Shown piece by piece: positions 55,652 to 64,000 of a stretch of DNA of 64,000 nucleotides (the first letter of the stretch is position 1; each line of letters begins with the position of its first letter). The position numbers and the translations under genes are program-made. The DNA is from Escherichia phage EC106. Location: the sequence record ON210138.1. One strand, 5' to 3'. The notes under the pieces were generated by a model. That model saw only the letters and a list, made by a program, of their open reading frames with translations. It made no database searches and was not told where the DNA came from.

Positions 55652-56050
55652 TTACTGAGAAGTTAGGCTTTTGAAAATGCTTGCTTCGAAAAAACTTCCG
55701 AAGTTTGCCTCCAGCGCAAACGCTAAGTAATCAATGAACTCACCATAGTTTGCTTGGAAGTACGTATCAATATTAAGCGGGAAGTCATCAACAGTTGCCC
55801 CTTGAAATAATAAGGTAGCCATCTCTTCAAGGTTAATTTCTTCAATTCTGTCAAAACAAGCTTCAACAAGTTCTTTAAATGGAACCATTGGAGCTTCTTT
55901 CTTACCCTTGTCAGTCAGACTTGATAGCATCTGTGCAAAAGTTGGAACAACAATTTTACCCAACTTCATAGACATCTTAATACCATCTCTTGCCCCAAGC
56001 AGAATGATATTCACCTTCTTACCATTAATTACTCTAGATTCTGTTTTCAT
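55652..56050 (-). CDS. tail assembly chaperone
   Basis: between tube and tape measure; slippery heptamer U UUU UUC about 40 nt before stop. Confidence 0.55.
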   Translation of the reverse strand: MKTESRVINGKKVNIILLGARDGIKMSMKLGKIVVPTFAQMLSSLTDKGKKEAPMVPFKELVEACFDRIEEINLEEMATLLFQGATVDDFPLNIDTYFQANYGEFIDYLAFALEANFGSFFEASIFKSLTSQ

Positions 56051-56080
56051 TGTGATTCCTTAATACTTTTAAAAGAAACA

Positions 56081-56110
56081 AAAAAGGGGAAGACCTTTTA
56101 AAGTCTCCCC
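56081..56110 (-). terminator. rho-independent terminator after sheath-tube genes
   Basis: GGGGAGAC...GUCUUCCCC hairpin with U-run on minus strand. Confidence 0.65.
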
Positions 56111-56123
56111 CTTATAGGATTTA

Positions 56124-56570
56124 TTAAACACTTGACGCTGGAATCGTAGAAGTGTAGTCTAGCTTCTCACAACCAAAAATCCAAGTTTTAGAGTTCTGGT
56201 CACGACCAAGTTCAATCTGTGGTAGTTCCTGCAACCAAGCATTAATACCAGTTGCCAGAACAGAGCCTGATGGGTCGTAGATTACGAAGTTAGAAGAGAT
56301 ATCTTCTTCAAGTTCCATATTGTCTTGTTTAGCTTGAATTGCAGAAAGCATCTGGTTAGAGAGAGAAGTCTGCATTAACTCAATCTCAATAGTACCTGTC
56401 TTGTCTGCATTTCTTGTCAGAGCAACTTGACCACCCGCACCTACAACTGGTGTCACAAGTGGTGATGTTCTCTGTAGACGTAAGAATGAGTCTGGGGCAA
56501 AGCCTTCAATGGCAATACCATTCCAGCTACACACAACGTCTTTAGGGGAATATTGCTGATACATAGCCAT
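56124..56570 (-). CDS. tail tube protein
   Basis: 148 aa directly downstream of sheath candidate. Confidence 0.55.
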   Translation of the reverse strand: MAMYQQYSPKDVVCSWNGIAIEGFAPDSFLRLQRTSPLVTPVVGAGGQVALTRNADKTGTIEIELMQTSLSNQMLSAIQAKQDNMELEEDISSNFVIYDPSGSVLATGINAWLQELPQIELGRDQNSKTWIFGCEKLDYTSTIPASSV

Positions 56571-56585
56571 TCCAATTTACCTCTA

Positions 56586-57938
56586 TTATTCGTAAGCCAC
56601 TGTACCTTTCAAGTCAACATCCAAGATAGCCCCTGCTAAGATACCTGAGAAGGTAACGTCTTTCAGGATACGCGCTTTCTTGTCTGCTAAAGCAACTTGA
56701 GAGGCTTTAGGAACATTAACTGTGTAAGATGACAGGAAGTTTCTGTTGACTGCTCTTTGCAGAGAGGTTTCAATGACTTGACGAATACGGGTAATACCAG
56801 TATCATCATAAGTAATCTTACCACCCTTCTGGTTAATTAGCAAGTCTCTCAGAGAAGTTTTCAGGTCTGATTCTAACCAGTCAACACCACGGATGATATC
56901 AATCCATTCCCCACCAGAAGTAATCCCTCTACGAACCACTGGAACACCACCATCGAGGTCAATAAAGTTACAGTGACGTGCATCTAAAGCTGACTTCTGA
57001 ATACTTGTCAGAGGTCTCTTATTAGTTGGCTGTAGAGAAGCAGCTACACCAGTTAGCTGAGCATTACCCCAAGCAATCGAGCCTGCATCATATGGAGCAC
57101 CATAAGCAATGTATGCCATTTCTGGATAGTCTTCTGCTGCCGTGTGATGCCACAAGCAAACTGTGCGAGTATACATACCCTTAGCAAGCTGTGCTGGAAC
57201 ATCATTTGCACTGGCTAATTCTGTGCCTTGTAGGGCTGTTACATTAGAGTTAGCTGTAAAGAAAATCTTCTTACGGGCTTGAATCTCAGAAGCCATTGCT
57301 AAGACAAACTGTTGAGTTCTATCTTCTGCTGCAATGAAATACCAGTCAGTAGAATAGGCTTCAATAGCTGCCAGAGCAGTTGATGCTGTATCGGCAGTTG
57401 TACTTGCAATATATACAGTCTTTGCTGTGGTTGTTACTTTCACAAAGTCATTATCACCAGCTTTGGTAATAATCATTGTGGCAGAGCCATTGCTACCAGT
57501 CACATTCACAGAAACCTTATCTTTGATTGTTGGGTCAGCTTCAATCTGTGTTTTAAACTGTTGCAAAACTTTCTCAGCAGTGTCTGATTTCAGTGCTGTG
57601 TACTGGTATGGTTGAGAAATTCCACCACCAACAGCAACAGTAATTGAGTAGTCTGTACTTTCGGTAACGGCATCAGGAATTGATACAGTGTACTGCATAG
57701 CACGTCTACCAATATAAAGCTGAGTTACTTTAGGAGTCTGACTCCAAAGTTGTTTAGCAGCCTTATATGCAGCAGACCTCTCATCGAAATCTTCAGCAAC
57801 TTCAGTTAAGGAAGTGTAGCCACGGACTCTTTCTTCAAAGTTGTCTGTTGAAGCTAAGAATAGTGGCAAGCCAAAACCTTCTCTTGTAGTTCCTGCGGTG
57901 TTCAATGTAATATCTACATTAACAATTGGATTCCACAT
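56586..57938 (-). CDS. tail sheath protein
   Basis: 450 aa; position between head-tail joining genes and tube. Confidence 0.55.
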   Translation of the reverse strand: MWNPIVNVDITLNTAGTTREGFGLPLFLASTDNFEERVRGYTSLTEVAEDFDERSAAYKAAKQLWSQTPKVTQLYIGRRAMQYTVSIPDAVTESTDYSITVAVGGGISQPYQYTALKSDTAEKVLQQFKTQIEADPTIKDKVSVNVTGSNGSATMIITKAGDNDFVKVTTTAKTVYIASTTADTASTALAAIEAYSTDWYFIAAEDRTQQFVLAMASEIQARKKIFFTANSNVTALQGTELASANDVPAQLAKGMYTRTVCLWHHTAAEDYPEMAYIAYGAPYDAGSIAWGNAQLTGVAASLQPTNKRPLTSIQKSALDARHCNFIDLDGGVPVVRRGITSGGEWIDIIRGVDWLESDLKTSLRDLLINQKGGKITYDDTGITRIRQVIETSLQRAVNRNFLSSYTVNVPKASQVALADKKARILKDVTFSGILAGAILDVDLKGTVAYE

Positions 57939-58538
57939 TTATTTTACCCCTTTGGAGTCTACATCTAGATGGATAGTATATTCTGGTGGCTCTTGTCCTT
58001 CTTCATAAACCAACTCACCATCAACAATGACACGCTCGATAATACTTCCACGTTCATCTTTCAGGACTGAGTTTTTTACAAGAGTTACAACAAGAGGTGC
58101 AGAATTTTCGAAATCTGTATTGAGATAAGTGTAATCATTTGGGATTGCTCCAGTGTCTAGCACTGTAGCCCCTGTTTCTTCAAGGATTAAATCTCTGACT
58201 GAACTCATCTCTAATCGTTGTTTAAGCTCAAGCATAATACTGTGAGCACCTTTACCATTTACCGTAATTAATACAGGAATCTGAAAAGCAATTCTGTAGC
58301 AAACTACATCACCCTCAACAAACTTATCAAGAACCCAACCATAAGGTGTTGCAGCATCTTGACAATATACGGTAATAAATGGCTGGTCAGGTTTTAAACC
58401 TTTGTCATTTGAGTTATCAGAAGGGTAAGCTCTAATTACATTTGGTCTATTATTCTTATCACGAGCTAGTCTGTGACCAATAACATCCACTAAGGTTCTA
58501 ACTAGACCTTTTTCAAGTTCTGCTGTTTCTAACTGCAT
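57939..58538 (-). CDS. head-tail joining/tail completion protein
   Basis: position. Confidence 0.35.
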   Translation of the reverse strand: MQLETAELEKGLVRTLVDVIGHRLARDKNNRPNVIRAYPSDNSNDKGLKPDQPFITVYCQDAATPYGWVLDKFVEGDVVCYRIAFQIPVLITVNGKGAHSIMLELKQRLEMSSVRDLILEETGATVLDTGAIPNDYTYLNTDFENSAPLVVTLVKNSVLKDERGSIIERVIVDGELVYEEGQEPPEYTIHLDVDSKGVK

Positions 58539-58914
58539 TCATTTTATCCCTTCTAATAATGATATATTCATAATGGGACGTATGGGCTAATTGCTGTGAC
58601 CAATCCATAGTCATAAATACTTCATACTCATGACCATCAATCATAACAATGTCAGACTCATTCCACTCTACATCATCTGAAGTTCTAAGCTTATATGTGG
58701 TATACAGGATTCTTGTATCGGTAAGACTAATACCTTCCGGTAAAGCAATCTGTGTACCATTCTTTACAGAACCTTTGATATATGGCTGAATATTACCTTT
58801 ACAGTTAACCTCTACAATATCTTGTGAAGCTACCCAATCACCATCATCATTATAATAACCGTCTTCAGAGACTTTACGCTTTACTACAAAGCTGTGTCTG
58901 TTTAAGAGTCTCAT
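58513..58914 (-). CDS. head-tail joining protein
   Basis: position. Confidence 0.35.
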   Translation of the reverse strand: MRLLNRHSFVVKRKVSEDGYYNDDGDWVASQDIVEVNCKGNIQPYIKGSVKNGTQIALPEGISLTDTRILYTTYKLRTSDDVEWNESDIVMIDGHEYEVFMTMDWSQQLAHTSHYEYIIIRRDKMNAVRNSRT

Positions 58915-59393
58915 TTCTTAATACCCTTCTTAGTAGAAATTTTATAAGCAAGGTTATCCCTTAAGTCACCTGTCTCAACAAGAGGTGCGTTAAAGCCTTT
59001 TTTCTTGACTGTGGAAGGTGCGTTAGGAGGGAGGATAGCAGAATTACCAAAACCCTTTTTAATTGCCTTCTGAGCATTCTTTGCAAATGCTTCTAAGGTA
59101 TTTGAGGGGTCTGTATTGAGACTGCTAAGTTGCTTATATAGATTCTTCTTAGTCTGCTCTAACAAGGTCTGTTTGTTTAGCATCATAGTGATTTCAAACA
59201 ACCTACGATATACTTTACCAGAAGCTGAAGGAACCCCAATAACTTCTTGTAAATACATTAAAGCAGGATAAGAAAAACCAGAGCTATGTTGACCTTGTTC
59301 TTGAAAATACCCAACTTGAGCATTAGCCGTTTGCAAGTTCTTCATAGCCCCGACTAATTTTGCTCTAGCGGGGTGAATAACCCTTTTAACCAT
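58911..59393 (-). CDS. head-tail connector protein
   Basis: position. Confidence 0.35.
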   Translation of the reverse strand: MVKRVIHPARAKLVGAMKNLQTANAQVGYFQEQGQHSSGFSYPALMYLQEVIGVPSASGKVYRRLFEITMMLNKQTLLEQTKKNLYKQLSSLNTDPSNTLEAFAKNAQKAIKKGFGNSAILPPNAPSTVKKKGFNAPLVETGDLRDNLAYKISTKKGIKK

Positions 59394-59842
59394 TATTCAT
59401 CTCGCTCGATAATAAATACGCCATTAACACGGTTGCAGTAATCTCTGCCTTCGTATCTGGCAGCATCACCATATTCTGTGTATTTCTTGACAGAGCAAGG
59501 ATTCTGACGACGCATATCAATATCACACTGATTAATACCACCTGCATAAGGTAGTCCTGAAACAGAGCTTTTAACAAGGTCGTCATAAACAGCTTTCAGA
59601 GATTTGAATCTGGAAGAGTTACGTAAATAAACACCACCAACCTTCTCATCTCCCATCTTGGCTACTTGAAAGAGTAAATATTTAAGAGCTTTGATGGCTG
59701 CTTTCTTTTCATCCTTTCCAGATTCTAGATAGAACCACTCTAGCACAGACTGCTCAATAAGAATTTCATCATTATTGGTGTCTGTGCAGAGGATTCTTAC
59801 TCTATCAAGAGGGTTATTGGCTGGGTCGCCTGTATAACACAT
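59393..59842 (-). CDS. head completion protein
   Basis: position immediately after capsid gene. Confidence 0.35.
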   Translation of the reverse strand: MCYTGDPANNPLDRVRILCTDTNNDEILIEQSVLEWFYLESGKDEKKAAIKALKYLLFQVAKMGDEKVGGVYLRNSSRFKSLKAVYDDLVKSSVSGLPYAGGINQCDIDMRRQNPCSVKKYTEYGDAARYEGRDYCNRVNGVFIIERDE

Positions 59843-59863
59843 TCATAACCCTCCTTAAGAATA

Positions 59864-60967
59864 TTAGCCTCTAGCGTCAGCGCGAACATCTACCAGCAAC
59901 TGAGGACGAGTGCAGTATGGCAGCATGTAAGAGTGAGCTTCGAAGTCAATACCTTCGTCACGGTCTTTTTCGTATTCAAATACGTACAGTTCCTGACCAA
60001 GTGTATTTGCATAACCCATCTTAGGACATGGGCCATATGCAACTTCGAAGATGTTGTTAGCTTCACCTAGCATAGATACGTCAGGGAAAGCATGACCAAC
60101 ACCAACAGTGTCTGCTACGCTGTCAATGCTCACCAGAGTATGAACCTTACCACGCTTGTCTTTGAACTTACCGTTGTACTGGACAAACTTAACACCACCG
60201 TAGTAGAAAGTATTCATGTGAGCCTGAACACCGTCAGAACCACCAGTTCTCAGAGAACCAGTAATCTGTTGCCAAGCCAGCGGAGTCTGCTGTGCAAGAT
60301 AAGCGTCACGAATCTTAGGATGCTTAACCAGTTTGCTGAAGAATACACGGTCAACAACTACGTGAATTTCTTCGCCGTTGATTACAGTGCCAGTCTTAGC
60401 TTCATCTTCCATGTGCATACGTAGTTCTTCGATAGAAGCATCGATGTCAGCATTAGGGTTGGCAAGGTCGAAGTAAACAGTCTTCTTCTCAACGTCGAAC
60501 TGCTTGTACAGGTCAGCGTACAGAGTACCACGAGCATCAACAACTTTACCCTTCAGAGCTTGCATAAACAGGAACTCACGAGTAATATCGAACTTGGTAC
60601 GAATCTTCATCAGCTTCTTAGCACGTACTACAGCTTCAGTAGTCAGTTCGTTTGCAGTGCCTGGCTGACGTACACCCTGAATCTCATCAGGAGTAATGCT
60701 TTCAACTTCTTTGAAGTACATCATTGGGAAGCTGATTTGACGAACACGCTCAGGTGCGCTAGTCTCTGCTTTACGGCTATCACGGTCTACCGCATCAAGC
60801 AAGCTAACATCCCAATCAGTCAAGTCCATAAGGAAAGTGGTTTGGGTGATTGGTGCTGAACGGAACAGACCTAAGTTGGAAATATACCCATAAGTATTTG
60901 GGATAGACTGGACTTCACCAGTCAGGTCAGCAAGGAAAAATCTGCTTTTTTCAGAATTAGTCAACAT
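59864..60967 (-). CDS. major capsid protein
   Basis: 367 aa following protease and decoration protein in lambda-like order. Confidence 0.65.
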   Translation of the reverse strand: MLTNSEKSRFFLADLTGEVQSIPNTYGYISNLGLFRSAPITQTTFLMDLTDWDVSLLDAVDRDSRKAETSAPERVRQISFPMMYFKEVESITPDEIQGVRQPGTANELTTEAVVRAKKLMKIRTKFDITREFLFMQALKGKVVDARGTLYADLYKQFDVEKKTVYFDLANPNADIDASIEELRMHMEDEAKTGTVINGEEIHVVVDRVFFSKLVKHPKIRDAYLAQQTPLAWQQITGSLRTGGSDGVQAHMNTFYYGGVKFVQYNGKFKDKRGKVHTLVSIDSVADTVGVGHAFPDVSMLGEANNIFEVAYGPCPKMGYANTLGQELYVFEYEKDRDEGIDFEAHSYMLPYCTRPQLLVDVRADARG

Positions 60968-61000
60968 TGTAAAATTCTCCAGAATGTCTTATTATTGTTA

Positions 61001-61378
61001 TTACAGGCCAGTTGGTACGAAATCAATACCTTTAGCAGCCAGAGCTTTCTTGACTTCAGCAGCATTAACGCTTGATTCAAGAGTCAGCAGGTCTTTTAGT
61101 TCTGCATCACGGTAAATACCAACAACTTTCAACTGACCATGATAAGACAGTTGCAGGTCTGCATAAAAGTTAACGATACATACTGAATCAGCCTGAGCTT
61201 CTTGCCCTGCTGTAACCTTAGTACCGTCTGCTTTCAGAACTTCACCTACACGATATTCTGTAGATGCCTGTGGAGTGTACTCTTTACGAGAGTGGCCTGT
61301 TGGGGTAACCTGTTCCCAAAGAATGATATCATTCAGAGGTTCTCTTTTACCTAGCTTAGTAAAACCTTGATATGCCAT
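61001..61378 (-). CDS. head decoration protein (putative)
   Basis: 125 aa between protease and capsid genes. Confidence 0.45.
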   Translation of the reverse strand: MAYQGFTKLGKREPLNDIILWEQVTPTGHSRKEYTPQASTEYRVGEVLKADGTKVTAGQEAQADSVCIVNFYADLQLSYHGQLKVVGIYRDAELKDLLTLESSVNAAEVKKALAAKGIDFVPTGL

Positions 61379-61389
61379 TATTGTGTTCC

Positions 61390-62736
61390 TTATTTGATAA
61401 GAGATTTTAGAGCATTCTGGAGAGCCAGTTTGCGTTGTTCAGCGGTGTCTTCGGAAGCATTCTTAGCTGGTTCTTTTTCTTCTTCAACCAAGTCAGCTTC
61501 GCCGTCATTACCCATTTCTTCCATAGCATTAGAATGTTCAAGAACAGCACCAGCAGTTTCTTTCAGCTTGGTAATTTCTGATTCTTTTTCTTCCATTGCA
61601 GAAGCATGGGACGCGATAGTTTCATTAAGTTTCTGGTTAGCACCTTCCATAGCATTCATAAACAGAACACTCAGAGGGTTATCAAGACCAGCACCTAAAA
61701 TAGTCGTTGCAGCTTCTTTTGCATCAAACCCAAAAGCTTCAGCAGAAGCAGAAATCTTATTAGTCAAATCTGACAAAGCAGCTTCCTGTTCTTTAGCTTT
61801 CATTTGAGCAACCTGAAGACGCAAAGCTTCTAGTTCTTGCTTTTCTTGTTCAGTCATTTCTTCACCTGAATTGTTAACGTTTAAACTTACAGGAGCCTCT
61901 TCAGAACCTTGTAAGTAATTTAAGAAATCATCTTGAGACATGATTGAGTTAATTAAACCAAGTTCAAGAGCTTCCTGAGCAGAATAAACATTCGCCTCAG
62001 TATTCTTTACAGCTTCTTCAGAGAGATTACGAGATTCGGCTACAAAACCTGTAAAGGTTGCGTAGGTATCATTAATTCTCTTTTGAAGTCTTTCTTTGCT
62101 TTCTTCTGAAAGTGCTTGGAATGGTGAACCCATACCTTTAAACTCACCAGCTTTGATGACGTTAATTGTTACGCCATTCTTTTCAAACGCCTTAGTTAAT
62201 TCCTGATGAACCATAATTACACCAATAGAACCAACATCTGCATCTGGTGATGCAATAATTTCTTCAGCAGAAGATGCAAGAGCGTATGCAGCGGAACAAG
62301 CGAACTCATCTACATAGGCAATAATTTTCTTTTGGCCTCTTGAAGCCATAATGTGACGTGCTAATTCAAAGCAACCTGAAGCTTCACCACCACCAGAATC
62401 AATATGCAGAACGATAGTCTTGATTGACTCATCTGCTAAAGCTTCGTCAAAGCCTCTACGTAAACCTTCATAAGAGCTTAAACCACCTGTACACATTGCA
62501 TCAATGAATGTCATACGATGAGTTAAACCACCCATAATAGGAATAATAGCAATGTCATCTCTTACTTTTAAAAGACTTCTTGCGTCACCTTTGGGTTTAT
62601 CAAAGTTTACTGCTGCTTGGACATCACCCAGCAATCTGTTATTCACATAAGTTGCTGCTGAGTGAGCTAATGATTCAGTGGCTAGTAAAGGTTGGTTGAA
62701 TAATCTATCAGCAAGTCTGAAGATATTCGAACTCAT
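61390..62736 (-). CDS. prohead protease (S49/ClpP-like) fused to scaffold-like coiled-coil C-terminus
   Basis: N-terminal peptidase-like region, C-terminal EQEKQELEALRLQVAQMKAKEQEAALSD coiled coil. Confidence 0.6.
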   Translation of the reverse strand: MSSNIFRLADRLFNQPLLATESLAHSAATYVNNRLLGDVQAAVNFDKPKGDARSLLKVRDDIAIIPIMGGLTHRMTFIDAMCTGGLSSYEGLRRGFDEALADESIKTIVLHIDSGGGEASGCFELARHIMASRGQKKIIAYVDEFACSAAYALASSAEEIIASPDADVGSIGVIMVHQELTKAFEKNGVTINVIKAGEFKGMGSPFQALSEESKERLQKRINDTYATFTGFVAESRNLSEEAVKNTEANVYSAQEALELGLINSIMSQDDFLNYLQGSEEAPVSLNVNNSGEEMTEQEKQELEALRLQVAQMKAKEQEAALSDLTNKISASAEAFGFDAKEAATTILGAGLDNPLSVLFMNAMEGANQKLNETIASHASAMEEKESEITKLKETAGAVLEHSNAMEEMGNDGEADLVEEEKEPAKNASEDTAEQRKLALQNALKSLIK

Positions 62737-62747
62737 TTTTACTCACC

Positions 62748-63080
62748 CTATTTGTTTAAATCTACAGAGACTGAAGAGATAACATAGATACCTTCTTCAG
62801 CAAAGAATTGAGGTTTACTAAGAGCACCAGTTGCCACGCATTTATCGTTAGCATCCCACAAGCTATAGTGTGAGACCGTTGCAGAAGCTGGGACAGTAAT
62901 GTTAACTGTGTCTTCTGAGGCAATTAAGCCATTATCCGGTTCAGAAAAATAAATAGCCACTGGCTGAGTAACCTTATTTGCTGTAGGGTCTGCCGTTGGG
63001 TCTACATTGTGTAAAATAATAGTCTTTGGGGTTAGCGTGGCGAGGATTTTATTCTTACCATCAATAGTTAATGTTCCCAT
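62748..63080 (-). CDS. hypothetical head protein
   Basis: position. Confidence 0.3.
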   Translation of the reverse strand: MGTLTIDGKNKILATLTPKTIILHNVDPTADPTANKVTQPVAIYFSEPDNGLIASEDTVNITVPASATVSHYSLWDANDKCVATGALSKPQFFAEEGIYVISSVSVDLNK

Positions 63081-63580
63081 TAATTAAACCTTACTTTTTG
63101 TTTAAGGACTGTTGAATGGTTACCAGATTCATCTACCACATTTACAATCATATCATATACTTTGCCTTTGACAAGTACTTTGTAATCATTTTGTGAAAAA
63201 ATGTATTCAAGTCTGTTTGTTTCTTTATCAACTGTCATTGGAGATTGAAATGCAGTGTCGAGGGTAATGAAAGCGGCTTCAATGCTATTAACATTGATAC
63301 GTTTATTCTCGCAGTTATATAACTTTACACCCAAAAGGCATGAACTGTCAAATGGAATTTTAACAATTTCACTACAATTTCCTGAAATAAACGGTTTTCC
63401 ACTCATTGGTGCATCAAGTAACCTACAAATAGTGAAAACGTCAGAGGTTCCACCGTCACTTACATAACCTGAAAGGCTGACCCTTGAGCCAGCCTCTACA
63501 GATAATTTGTCAGTAATGATAAGAACACCTCTATACGAATGCACTCGTGTAGCATTTGAAATAGAGATAACTTCAGCCAT
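63080..63580 (-). CDS. hypothetical head protein
   Basis: position. Confidence 0.3.
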   Translation of the reverse strand: MAEVISISNATRVHSYRGVLIITDKLSVEAGSRVSLSGYVSDGGTSDVFTICRLLDAPMSGKPFISGNCSEIVKIPFDSSCLLGVKLYNCENKRINVNSIEAAFITLDTAFQSPMTVDKETNRLEYIFSQNDYKVLVKGKVYDMIVNVVDESGNHSTVLKQKVRFN

Positions 63581-63963
63581 TATTTATTTGCCTTATTTGC
63601 TGTGCTTGGGTCTTTCGCTGAAGGTGTCTTTGCAGTACCTTCTCCAGCGGTCTTATAACCATCTCCTGAACGGCTTTGGCTATTTGGAGAAAGCTTTTCA
63701 GATACTGGCTGAGACTCATCAGCAGGAGGAAGACCAATATGCTCTCTAAGCTTGTTAGATAGCTCTTTGTCAACTTCCAAAGCACCTACTGCAACAGTCT
63801 TCTGGATATAAGAACCAATTGCTTCAAGGTCTGGAGTTTCGATATCATTATAAGTGATTTGTACATGTTCTTCATCGTCCCACATATTAAGAGCATAAGT
63901 CTGTGCAACTAAATCACGGTTAATTACGTTCTTGATTTGCTTCAGCAGAATATCTACTGACAT
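63580..63963 (-). CDS. hypothetical head-module protein (possibly C-terminal part of portal, may continue beyond window)
   Basis: ORF near window edge upstream of protease. Confidence 0.3.
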   Translation of the reverse strand: MSVDILLKQIKNVINRDLVAQTYALNMWDDEEHVQITYNDIETPDLEAIGSYIQKTVAVGALEVDKELSNKLREHIGLPPADESQPVSEKLSPNSQSRSGDGYKTAGEGTAKTPSAKDPSTANKANK

Positions 63964-64000
63964 TGCTAGTAAGCTTGTCTTAGAATCTGCAAGAGAGAAT

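Overview
The window is a near-contiguous stretch of a virulent tailed-phage genome (about 39% GC); gene content is reminiscent of Felix O1-like myoviruses, but that is from memory, not a search. Three blocks: (1) a minus-strand early/nucleotide-metabolism block (300-33178) with a macro-domain protein, overlapping spanins, two DNA methyltransferase + ParB-like cassettes, rIIA/rIIB, a PRPP-synthetase-like + NAMPT-like pair, nrdG, intron-split nrdD, glutaredoxin, nrdB, nrdA, T7-like exonuclease, SSB-like protein, primase-helicase and dNMP kinase; (2) a plus-strand replication block (33406-43108) with a split family-A DNA polymerase, HNH-AP2 endonuclease, DNA ligase, DHFR and thymidylate synthase; (3) a minus-strand structural block (43152-63963) with two tail fibres, baseplate, tape measure, frameshift-type chaperone pair, tube, sheath, capsid, decoration protein and prohead protease. 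Many minus-strand UUCG-tetraloop terminators punctuate the operons. The strongest candidate system is the adjacent PRPP-synthetase-like/NAMPT-like pair (12401-15127), which fits the phage NAD+ reconstitution pathway type 1 (NARP1) architecture; the macro-domain protein and the duplicated methyltransferase + ParB-like cassettes are the next most interesting. All calls are from reading the translations and sequence by eye; no searches were run.
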